Assembly: GCF_964204645.1 (NCBI RefSeq)
Contig: NC_134035.1
Span: 2,294,001-2,358,000, forward strand
Length of the DNA: 64,000 nt
Origin: Tubulanus polymorphus
Lineage: Eukaryota > Animalia > Nemertea
Direction: 5' to 3'
The notes under the pieces are model-generated. The model was not told the origin of the DNA, ran no database searches, and saw nothing but the letters and a program-made list of their open reading frames with translations. The position numbers were made by a program, and so were the translations under genes. Within the stretch, counting starts at the first letter, position 1, and each line of letters opens with the position of its first letter. Positions 11,133-21,394 of the stretch are shown here, piece by piece.

Positions 11133-12044
11133 ATGGCTTCGCAGATGTCCCCGGTATACAGCGCTGGTGGCGCGGGTCACGTGAAAATGATTTCACCTCA
11201 ACCACAAACTGTGGTTAATAAGTCGGCCGTGCCGCAGCAACTGGTCGCGACGAGCAATCGTCGAGCAGACGGATCACGAATCGGTTTCGCTGATCGATCG
11301 GTGGGATATTGCGGACACATTCAAATCGTCTGCGGTTTCATCCTCATTTTAAACTGGATTTTGATGATGAGGTCGAGTGCGATGTTCGCCAAAATCAGTT
11401 ACGGATTCTGGGGCAGCATTCTGTGTTTCGTCGCTGGTGGACTTTGCGTGCTCGGCGCGAAGTTGAAGAACAACTGCCTGATAATCGGCGCGATGGTCGT
11501 GTCGATCTTCACGTGTTTGTTTGGTTTCGTGTTGGTCGGGTTTTCGGTGGCTGGAATCCCGATCGATGAGCAGCAAAGAAGATGCTTGGAAGAAAGTGTG
11601 CAGATGAAATTCAATCCACCCACCTGCGACACGGCTATGCCCGCACGCTCGATCAGCCAAGTCAACTTCAGAATAGCGTGTCACGTGGGCAATATACTCG
11701 TCGGAATTGTTTTGATGGTCGTACCGATCGTCCAGTCGTGTTTTAGCTGCCGGGCGATTTGCTGCCCGAGGTCAGACGCGTATATCCTTCAACAGCCGAT
11801 CGTCTACATGAAGCAGCAACCGACTACACATCCCGGTCAGATCGCGTACGGTCAGCATTTACAAGTTTACGGTCAACCTACAGCAAACCAGCCGCCGGGG
11901 TACGGTCAGCCTGCCGCCACTACACAAGTGCCCGGAATTCACGGTCTGCCCAGTTACAACGAAGCTATTACCGAAGTAAAATCAGTTGGTTCTCGATGTT
12001 TACAATTGATAAAAACTCGAGGTGTTGTGATGGTGGTATCATAA
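11133..12044 (+). CDS. MS4A/CD20-like protein, copy 2 (303 aa)
   Basis: Paralogue of 5455-6585 with the same four-TM scaffold. Shorter tail with LPSY, reading ~19 aa past the position where siblings stop. Acceptor tcttccAG at 11107-11108. Confidence 0.85.
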   Translation: MASQMSPVYSAGGAGHVKMISPQPQTVVNKSAVPQQLVATSNRRADGSRIGFADRSVGYCGHIQIVCGFILILNWILMMRSSAMFAKISYGFWGSILCFVAGGLCVLGAKLKNNCLIIGAMVVSIFTCLFGFVLVGFSVAGIPIDEQQRRCLEESVQMKFNPPTCDTAMPARSISQVNFRIACHVGNILVGIVLMVVPIVQSCFSCRAICCPRSDAYILQQPIVYMKQQPTTHPGQIAYGQHLQVYGQPTANQPPGYGQPAATTQVPGIHGLPSYNEAITEVKSVGSRCLQLIKTRGVVMVVS

Positions 12045-13352
12045 AAATCCACTAACAGTTGAAACGCTAGATCCTTAAAAGAGTTGTGATGATAATATAG
12101 AAACCTCCTGAAGTGTTGTGGCATGTGATATGAAAATCCCATAAATAGTTGTGACGATGATATACGCATATATATATATAAGTTTATATTCGGGGCCATA
12201 TTCGGTTTCGTAAGTTAGGGTTCAGAATTTGGCTTGTTAAGAGTTTCAGTTATGAAGCGCCAAGATCTCTTGTTTGGGTTTAAGGGTTATCTTGTGGGTG
12301 TCACGTGATTTCTTGAATTTCATACTTTCACTTCATCCCGATCGCCAATTTAGCATTTATTTAATTGATAATATGATAAAGTTAAAGTTACTATTGGTTG
12401 AATATTTTTTTTGAATGTTAGGCTTAGTTCATACAGTAGACTCCGCCTCGGTACTGTTCTGTTCATTCGGTGTAATGAATGTAAATATGATTTCGGCATC
12501 TGCTACTGTTTTTCATCAGTACACGATAAACATAACGGCCCTTCACATGCAAAACCAATGGAGATCCAAACGATGTAAAGTAATAAAAACAAACAAACTA
12601 AACATACAATACTGTGTTATACGTAATAACGACGATCTCTGTTGTTGATGCATATGATGCTCTGTTACTGTACTGCTGCACGCTCATGACCTAAATTGGC
12701 TACAGTTTCAATAACGTAAATGCATCGCGAATGAACAGAAACGGAGGTAAGTGTCGCGGAATTTGAGAGAATTTGTCCACGACGACTTGTGTCTCGCGTA
12801 TTAATTATACGTGTGGAAGGAAACCATCGGTGGTTCATTTAAGGCTACGGTGAAATCGTATGGAATAAAACGAAATTAGTGATGCTATTTGACCGTCATT
12901 AGGCTCGATAATTCCCTATGCTTTCATCCCGTGATTTTCGCCATTTTCGAATCGGTAATCGCCTTATTCGGTAGAAAAATGATACCGGTTTAGGTGAAGT
13001 CTGCTGCACAACAATTGATGATCCTGATCAGAGTATATTTCTTTCTGAAATTTTGCTTAATTTTTGGAATGCGTTAGGTCCTACAAACTATAGCCACAGT
13101 CTAAATCAATTACATATTTACCTTATTGCTTACTTGATAATAATTCTCTTTGTTTGGATTGGGCATATAGATTGCATCATATAACTTTGTTGGAAATTGA
13201 GTATTCCCGAAGATATAAAAATGAAACGTTGAAATTAACTATGCACTACCAGCCCAAGTCCATTGATTCCATTTTCATTACTAGATTTTACATAGAGTTT
13301 TCTTTTTTTCATCACTCTTCCAGCTACTCCTCGAATAGAAAACTAACGTAAA

Positions 13353-14336
13353 ATGGCTTCGCAGATGTCCCCGGTATACTGCGCTGGTGGCGGCGGCCAC
13401 GTAACACTGAATTCGCCTCAACCACAAACGGTGATGATGTCGACGGTGCCGCAGCAACCGATCGCGACGAGCAATCGCCGAGCAGACGGATCACGAATCA
13501 GTTTCGCTGATCGATGGGCGCGATATTGCGGAATCATTCAGATCGTCTGCGGTTTCATCCTGTTGATCATCGGGATTTTGACGATCTCGTCGGGTGCGAT
13601 ATTCCACTTCATCGGTTACGGATTCTGGGGCAGCATTCTGTGCTTCGTCGCCGGCGGGCTCGGTCTGCACGGTTCGAAAACGAAGAACAACTGCCCGATA
13701 ATCGGCACGATGGTCATGTCGATTTTCACAGGCGTGTTGGGTTTCGTGTTGGTCGGGATTTCGGCGGCTGGAATCGCGTTAGACGAGCGTCAAAGAAGAT
13801 GCATTAAGATACACGCGCAGATGGAATTCAAATATCTCAACTGCTACACGCTGGCCGAGCCCACGGACTCGATCGACCGAGTCAACTTCAGAATAGCGTG
13901 TCACTCGATCAATTTGCTCGTCGGAATCGTTTTGATGGTCGTACCGATCGTTCAGTCGTGTGTGAGCTGTCACGCGATTTGCTGCCCGACGCCAGACCCG
14001 CTTATCTCGTCACAAACGACGACACTGGTCTACGGAATGCATCCTCAACAACAGCCGATTGTCTACCTGAAGCAACAACAGACCCAACCCGGTCAGATCA
14101 TATACGGTCAGCCTTTACAAGTTTACGGTCAACCTACAGCAAATCAGCCGCCGGGGTACGGTCAGCCTGCCGTCACTACTCAATTGCCCTACGGTCAGCC
14201 CTCGACAGTACATCCGTCATATGTGCAGCCTACAGTACCACCAGCGCCACATACTGGAGCCGACGACGCCATACCCGGGATTCACGGGCTGCCAAGCTAC
14301 AACGAAGCTGTCACCGAAGTAAAATCTAATTATTAG
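13353..14336 (+). CDS. MS4A/CD20-like protein, copy 3 (327 aa)
   Basis: Paralogue with an intact four-TM scaffold, two-Cys loop and LPSY tail; acceptor AG at 13322-13323. Confidence 0.85.
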   Translation: MASQMSPVYCAGGGGHVTLNSPQPQTVMMSTVPQQPIATSNRRADGSRISFADRWARYCGIIQIVCGFILLIIGILTISSGAIFHFIGYGFWGSILCFVAGGLGLHGSKTKNNCPIIGTMVMSIFTGVLGFVLVGISAAGIALDERQRRCIKIHAQMEFKYLNCYTLAEPTDSIDRVNFRIACHSINLLVGIVLMVVPIVQSCVSCHAICCPTPDPLISSQTTTLVYGMHPQQQPIVYLKQQQTQPGQIIYGQPLQVYGQPTANQPPGYGQPAVTTQLPYGQPSTVHPSYVQPTVPPAPHTGADDAIPGIHGLPSYNEAVTEVKSNY

Positions 14337-16425
14337 GAGCTGAAAAACTGCCCGTGTTGTGATGATTATATAAAAATCCCACAAACAGTTGTAGCAGTAA
14401 TACGACGTCATCCATGGAACTGGCCATTTCTCACTACGATTTGAATAATGATTAATTTCGTACATGGATGAGGCTGGGCCATTGTCAACACAATGTCAAA
14501 ATATATAGTAAGATAAAAAGTAACTATATGCGGATTTAAAGATTTTAAAATCAAGAACTTATTCAATCAAAAATTAAAATTGCACGGCGTTTCAAACTCT
14601 CATTAGAATATGTTTAAAGTGGGTTTTATCTTTCTGTCCTCCACGTTTGAGGACTATGTCAAAATATGTAAATATTCTATGTAAATATTAATAATACTGT
14701 GGATTTCTGCGGATATTTCTGCGAACTCAATGTTTAGAGTATATGAATATCTTTTCATTTTCTCTCATTTTCTACTACAGCTTACAGAAAAATGCCCCTT
14801 AAAATCTTTACCAGAATGTTTGTCTGAACTCTACTATAAGACTCTCTGTGAACTCTCCCGAGAGTCTCTGTGAACTCTCCCGAGACTCTCTCAGAGCCTT
14901 TAACATTTACAATTTGGGCCTATCTAAACAAATCCATCTTCCTAGTGTCAAAATTGTGACTTACTATTTCTTCTATGAAGAATCATTTTTTAGTGACATC
15001 TCAGACAGGAAAATGCAATTGTTATACAATTTTATTGGCACGTGATATTTTTACGGAAAAGAACCAGAACAATTATTTTTGATGGACGACTCGGCGGGGA
15101 GAAACCCGGAGATAAAGTCTCAATTATTTTGAGAGAACTGAATTCCTGTAAGTAACACGATTATGATAGGGAAGTAAGTATTATCTAAAAACATTATATT
15201 TTTTTGTGAAAATGATTTATAATAGGGAAGTATTCAATAGTATTTCAAATTGACATTTCAGTATGTATATAAACCAGACGCTCGAATCGTTTCTTATCAT
15301 TTGACGCGTGCGTGGTAAGAGCGGATAATAAAAAGAAGGTTGTTTTTTGTCGTTCGTTGCGGTGAGTAACTTGAAAATTAAATATTTCGTTCATCATCTC
15401 AGACTCACTCAGTTTCAGTTCAGGTTTTTGCGGTTCGGTAGATGTGGTGCGTTTGTAAGAGCTAAATTGAGGGATTAAAGACGCCAAGATCTCTTTTCTG
15501 GTGTTCTTGTGACTGTTTAATTTCACTTTCATCAAAAAAATCTCAACTCAAAACCAATAAAATGCTCTTTATTTTAATGTACATTTATTAGGTTTAAGGT
15601 CAAACCCTGGTTAAGTATTTCTTCATGTATACGGCTATACTTCATTACGGTCACATCCGCTGAACCGGTCTCAATGTCTCTTTCTCTATTCTGGTCACTA
15701 ACCTGTTCTTTTTTTCGATAAATTCGCTTAATTTTCTGAATTCGCCTCAAACAACTGTTGTTAAACTGTCTAAGATTGGTAAATTGAATGAATAAACCAT
15801 CTTTGCCAAACGACGTCACTTTAAAAATGAATGTTTGGGTTTGTGAAAATAATATCCAATCGTGAAACTACGAATTTGGCGTTCGGTTGATGTGACGCGT
15901 TTGTAGGAGAGCAATGGTTATGGTTTTAAGATGCAAAGATATCTCGTTTTATGGGTCATCATTTCGCGATTCGTTGAATCTCTCTCCGATCACACCAATT
16001 TAGCATCCATTTATTTTGATTAATTGAAATTAAATTTAATTTGATTAATTAAAATTACCGGTTAGATGTTGTTTTAAATGCCAGGCATTATACTAAAATT
16101 GATGGTCCTGATCTGAGTAGTTGTTGAAATTTCGCTTAATTTTTGGAAATGCGTTAGGGCCTACAAACTAAACCACAATCTAAATCAATTATGGTTTATG
16201 TATCTTATTGCTAAGTCGGTCTATTTGTTCTGGGTTGCGTATATCTTATGATTTTGTCGCAACTTGAGGCATTTCTGAAGATGAATATAAGAATAAAGTA
16301 GAAATGTTGAAATAAACTATCAGTACTATACTAGCTCGAGTCTATTTTTTCATTTCAATGCAGGATTTTACATCGTTTTATCTTTTTTCAACACTCTTCC
16401 AGCTCTACTCGAGAACAATCATAAA

Positions 16426-17298
16426 ATGGCTTCGAAGATGTCCCCGGTATACAGCGCTGGTGGCGCGAGTCACGTGAACCAGATTTCACCTCAGCCACAA
16501 ACGGTGATGATGTCGGCCGTGCCACAGCAACCGATCGCGACGAGCAATCGTCGTGCAGACGGATCACGAATCGGTTTCGCCCATCATTCGGCGCGATATT
16601 GCGGAATCATTCAAATCGTCTGCGGTTTCATCCTGTTGATCATCGGGATTTTGACGATCTCGTCGGGTGCGATATTCCACTTCATCGGTTACGGATTCTG
16701 GGGCAGCATTCTGTGCTTCGTCGCCGGCGGGCTCGGCCTGCACGGTTCGAAAACGAAGAACAACTGCCCGATAATCGGCACGATGGTCATGTCGATTTTC
16801 ACGTGTATGTTGGGTTTCGTGTTGGTCGGGTTTTCGGCGGCTGATATCGAGATCGACGCGCGTCGATTCTATTACCCCCATCCCTACCACCACTCAATCC
16901 ACCCATTCAACTTCGGATTAGCGTGTCACGTGGGCAATATACTCGTCGGAATCGTTTTGATTGTCGTACCGATCATTCAGTCGTGCGTGAGCTGCCGGGC
17001 GATTTGCTGCCCGACGTCAGACGCGTATATCCTTCAACAGTCCATCATCTACACGACGCAACAACAGAGCGGGGCGTCTACACAACCCGGTCAGATCGTA
17101 AACGGTCAGCCTTCAGAAGTTTACGGTCAAACCCCCGCAAATCAGCCACCGACTGCTCAAATGCCCGACGGTCAGGCCTCGGCCGACGCCCAGCTTACAG
17201 TAGCACAAGTGCCACCTACTGGAGCCGACGACGTCGAGCCCGGAATTCACGGTCTGCCAAGCTACAACGAAGCTTTCACCGGTGTTGAATCTGATTAA
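16426..17298 (+). CDS. MS4A/CD20-like protein, copy 4 (290 aa; Cys-less, His-rich loop)
   Basis: Paralogue whose loop is shortened to DARRFYYPHPYHHSIHPFNF; LPSY tail; acceptor AG at 16401-16402. Confidence 0.85.
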   Translation: MASKMSPVYSAGGASHVNQISPQPQTVMMSAVPQQPIATSNRRADGSRIGFAHHSARYCGIIQIVCGFILLIIGILTISSGAIFHFIGYGFWGSILCFVAGGLGLHGSKTKNNCPIIGTMVMSIFTCMLGFVLVGFSAADIEIDARRFYYPHPYHHSIHPFNFGLACHVGNILVGIVLIVVPIIQSCVSCRAICCPTSDAYILQQSIIYTTQQQSGASTQPGQIVNGQPSEVYGQTPANQPPTAQMPDGQASADAQLTVAQVPPTGADDVEPGIHGLPSYNEAFTGVESD

Positions 17299-17875
17299 TG
17301 GGTTGTCGATGAAGAAAATTGAAAACTTTCCGTATTGTGGATGATGATATAAAAAAATTCCATAAAGAGCCGTGGCAGTAAAATATAAAAATCCCATTTA
17401 GAGTTTTTCTTTACCTGAAAAAAAAATGAATTCGATTAAGTATAAATTCTTCGAAGAGAGAATACTGCTGATTGATAGGAAATTTCATGACTGCGTTGAT
17501 ATTTTATTATCTTAAACACGTTGGTGCTAACGATTTTTTTGAAACTGATAAAGCGGATTGGTCTCGCTGTATCACACATTATACTGTACCATGCACATAT
17601 ACGCTCTAATCTATCTAATCTATCTAATATCTAGGTATTGTTTTATGGCCATATTCTTAACTCGGTGAAATATATACGAACTCTTCAAGAATTACTGAAT
17701 TTTAAGGCAGAATGTCTTTGATTAGCTTTTAGAAAATTTATATTCTAGAATGAAGTTATTGATGTATATACATAAAATATTATTATTATCAATTGTAATA
17801 AATCTAAACTTGTAATAGACATTCAACAACAGATTTTTTTACCCAAGAGACGATTTTGAATGTTTTCCGTAACAG

Positions 17876-18305
17876 TATAGCAACGCTATTTTTCCGCTTA
17901 CGAATCGTTTCGGGAACTAGCTCATTATAGATGACGAGGACTACGATTTTTCAGTTGACGATAATATTTATTCCAGACGCACTTGGTATGTGTCTGATAT
18001 GATATTTGATACAGACTCCAAGGCTGACTTCACGAAAGTGTCTGAGTGAATGAATGTGTCAGAGTGAGTGTCGATTCTTCTGAATCTTACAAGTTATATA
18101 CAATATTGGTTACAAAAAGAACAGAGAGACATGTGACAGGCAGGTGACAGGTGCCAAATTGGTCATTGTTTAATACATTAGTGGGCATCTGTCTGAGCAC
18201 GGATTAACGAATTACTAAACAAACAAATGGGCAGATAGTTATAGCATGGATAAAATAATACGATTTAAGATACAATAATATCAAAGTAGAAAAGGCTTTG
18301 TTATA
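17876..18305. mobile_element. 430-bp insertion, possible solo LTR or other element with a 4-bp TSD
   Basis: Interrupts a segment that is continuous at ~8820-8840. Flanked by direct acag/acag repeats, with short inverted termini TATAGCAA...TTGTTATA. The termini are not canonical TG..CA. Confidence 0.55.
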
Positions 18306-19677
18306 ACAGAATGCGTGTTCATTTTCGGACTTTTCAATCGTTTTTGTGATTCTTTGTTACGATCTTATCGCTACTATTATGATTGTTGCAATAAAATCTA
18401 CGATTTCGTTGTCAACTTTATGAAAAGTGTTTGCTTATGTTTTAAAGATTAGTCAATCGTAGGGAAGTAAATTTTTTCCATCGGGAATTGTTCCTGGATT
18501 CTCACACGGTCTGGATGCCGAGGAACGGATAAACTATTTTTCAGTTAAAAACCCGCCCGCATGTGAAATACACAAAATGTTTGATATTTGTATGTATTGG
18601 ACAATAATTTCGTACTATCTTATCTTAACTATAGAAAAATTGAACTCGCTTGCCAAAGCAATCGGTACGGGACTTTTTCCTCGCCTGCCAGAGCTAGATA
18701 AAGGTTTTAATATCGACAACATTTCTATTACGTATTTCAAGCCACTAAGAATAAGGCGCTCTTGACGTACGTTGTAAACGGACAATAGAAAGAATCTTCG
18801 AGGTTAATTTTTTGCCGTTCGTTGCGGTGAGTAAATTCGAAAATTATTACTCAGTTTCAGTTTAGTTTTTAAGGTTCGGTGGGTGTGATACGTTTGTAAA
18901 TTTGTTCAATTTCACTTCAAAAAACCCCACTCGAAACCGATTAAATTTTCTTCATTTTAATGTATAAGGTTTAAGGTTACACCACTGGTTAATTATGTAT
19001 TTCTCTAAATATTATTCTTTGCTCATACGGTCATCCTTATTCCCTTCTGAGTCGGTCTCATTGTCTCTTTCTTCATTTTTCTCCCTTGCATTTTTCTCGA
19101 TAGTTCGATTATTTCCGCAGTACCGAACACCTCGAAAAGTTGACTAGTAGGCTGATATAAATCTCAGTATTCAAGATAAATGAGCAAAACCCAAAGTTGA
19201 TGATTTAACAATTTATTTCCTGACAATTTCGAAGTTTTGACTCCGTCATTAGAGAAACAAAAAACGAATAAATTATCAAGTTATCAACTGTTGGTTTTGC
19301 TAATTAACCACAAATAGGTGTTAAACTGATTAGAATTGTGAATTCGAACGAATAAATCATCTTTGCGAAATGTCGCCTGTTTCTCGTGTATCAGTTAGAA
19401 AAAATAGACTCCATTTTCAAAATGAACGTATGAAGTTTAACTATGATGTTTTTCAGTTTCTACAATGATGATTATTGAAATATAGGCTAGTTCAGCTAGT
19501 CGTGTGTTAACTTCACACTAAAAACACATACAGATTTTTCTTGATTCGAACGCATTTTGAACACGACGCACACCCACCAAACCACGAACCTGACTTCATT
19601 TACTCTCGCGCTCGGTATCACATGTACCTTTTCCTTTTTTTTCAAAATCTTACAGCTATATTCTCAAAGGATCGTAA

Positions 19678-20517
19678 ATGGCTTTGCAGATGTCCCCTGT
19701 ATATGGTGCTGGCGTTGGTGGTGGCAACGTAAACCGGATTGCCCCTCAACCGCAGACGGTAGTTATTATGTCAAACGCGCCGCTGAAACCAATTAATCGC
19801 CGAGCGGACGGATCGCGAATAGGTTTCGCTGATCGATGGGCGCGATATTGCGGAATCACTCAAAACGTCTGCGGTTTCATCCTGTTGATCATCGGGATTT
19901 TGATGATCTCGTCGGGTGCGATGTTCACCGAGATCGGTTACGCATGGTGGGGCGGCGTTTTGTGTTTTGTCGCCGGTGGGATCGGGCTACACGGTGCGAA
20001 AAAGAAGAACGACTGCGCGATAATCGGCACGATGGTCGTGTCGATCTTCACGTGTTTGTTCGGTTTCGTGTTGGTCGGGATTTCAGCGGCTGGAATTGCG
20101 ATCGACGAGCAGCAAAGAAGATGCTTGGAGGAAAGTGCGCAGATGAAATTCCATCCACCCTCCTGCGACACGGCTATGCCCGCACGCTCGATCAGCCAAG
20201 TCAACTTCAGAATAGCGTGTCACGTGGGCAATATACTCGTCGGAATCGTTTTGATGGTCGTACCGATCTTCCAGTCGTGTTTGAGCTGCCGGGCGATTTG
20301 CTGCCCGACGACCGACGCCTGTCTCCCACAGCACACCTCAACGTCGGTCTGCAGAACGCATCCGCAGCAGCAGCAGCAGCAGCAGCCTCTCTCGATACAA
20401 CAACAGCAAGTTGCATTGTATACTTCCCGACCGTATGGTCAGCACGTACAACACTACGATCAGCTCGCTGCAAATCAGCCACTTGGCGTCCAAACTAATG
20501 TTGTCTTGTACGATTAA
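19678..20517 (+). CDS. MS4A/CD20-like protein, copy 5 (279 aa; polyQ tail, no LPSY)
   Basis: Paralogue with a more divergent N-terminus and TM2 (GYAWWGGVLC) but a loop almost identical to copy 2; (CAG)7 tract; acceptor AG at 19654-19655. Confidence 0.83.
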   Translation: MALQMSPVYGAGVGGGNVNRIAPQPQTVVIMSNAPLKPINRRADGSRIGFADRWARYCGITQNVCGFILLIIGILMISSGAMFTEIGYAWWGGVLCFVAGGIGLHGAKKKNDCAIIGTMVVSIFTCLFGFVLVGISAAGIAIDEQQRRCLEESAQMKFHPPSCDTAMPARSISQVNFRIACHVGNILVGIVLMVVPIFQSCLSCRAICCPTTDACLPQHTSTSVCRTHPQQQQQQQPLSIQQQQVALYTSRPYGQHVQHYDQLAANQPLGVQTNVVLYD

Positions 20518-21182
20518 CCGGGACTATATTCTTATTCGGGCTACTAGAGTCCGCAGGGCTATAGTCCATCTTTTCGCAAAACTTTCTGATCCCAGCTATA
20601 TATTTATTTCTATAATACCTAATTAGAATACTGGATGATAGGGTCAAAAAGTTTGTGACGTCAGTTTGTTCCTGAGTGCAGCAGACGAATCGGCTGGAGT
20701 ACTCCAGGTTGAATCATCGACTCCGCTTTCGCTGCATTCGTTTGTGTGGCGCAGAATTCCACTTGCTTAGTACGTCAATATTACTCATTGGCCTCCCATA
20801 GTCCGCTTGCAAATGTGTATATATTCTATGAATAAATTATCATCGTGATTACTATGAGAACACGGGATGCCTGATGATGATAATTACAATTATACCAATG
20901 ATTGACGTAGACAAAGAAACCTTGTGAAGTTTTTTCGAAAAATTCAATCATCAAATTAATAGTTGTTTTATAAACTATTGAAAAGAAAACTCGGACGGTT
21001 TTGATAATCTTTGTATTTCGCCAACTTTTTAGCGTCTGCAGCGATATCAACTGCAGGGCAAGTGGATCTTCGAGGGGGCTAGTGTTCCAGAAGAAAACCA
21101 CTTTGAGCAGCGAATCTGAGAATTCTAAGTACGCTAATTTACAATAAGCACTTAGGCAATCAAAGTAGATTTTGTCAAATAA

Positions 21183-21394
21183 GGCTAAAGATGATACATT
21201 GTTTCTCCTAATCGGCCCGGTCATTTTGTAAAACTGCAATAGAATTTCTAATCAGTTTTTTTTTCTATAACTGCCGGGGGTTTGTTATGGTTAGCTTGAT
21301 TATTTTCTGTTAAAAGGTTATGTACAGGACCAGTCGGATCAACGTTTAAGCTCTGCAGAAAGGATAAACAAGATCAGGATCAATGTTTTTAGCC
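21183..21394. mobile_element. PIF/Harbinger-type MITE, degenerate copy
   Basis: Same internal sequence as 7735-7954, with more substitutions. Confidence 0.7.
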
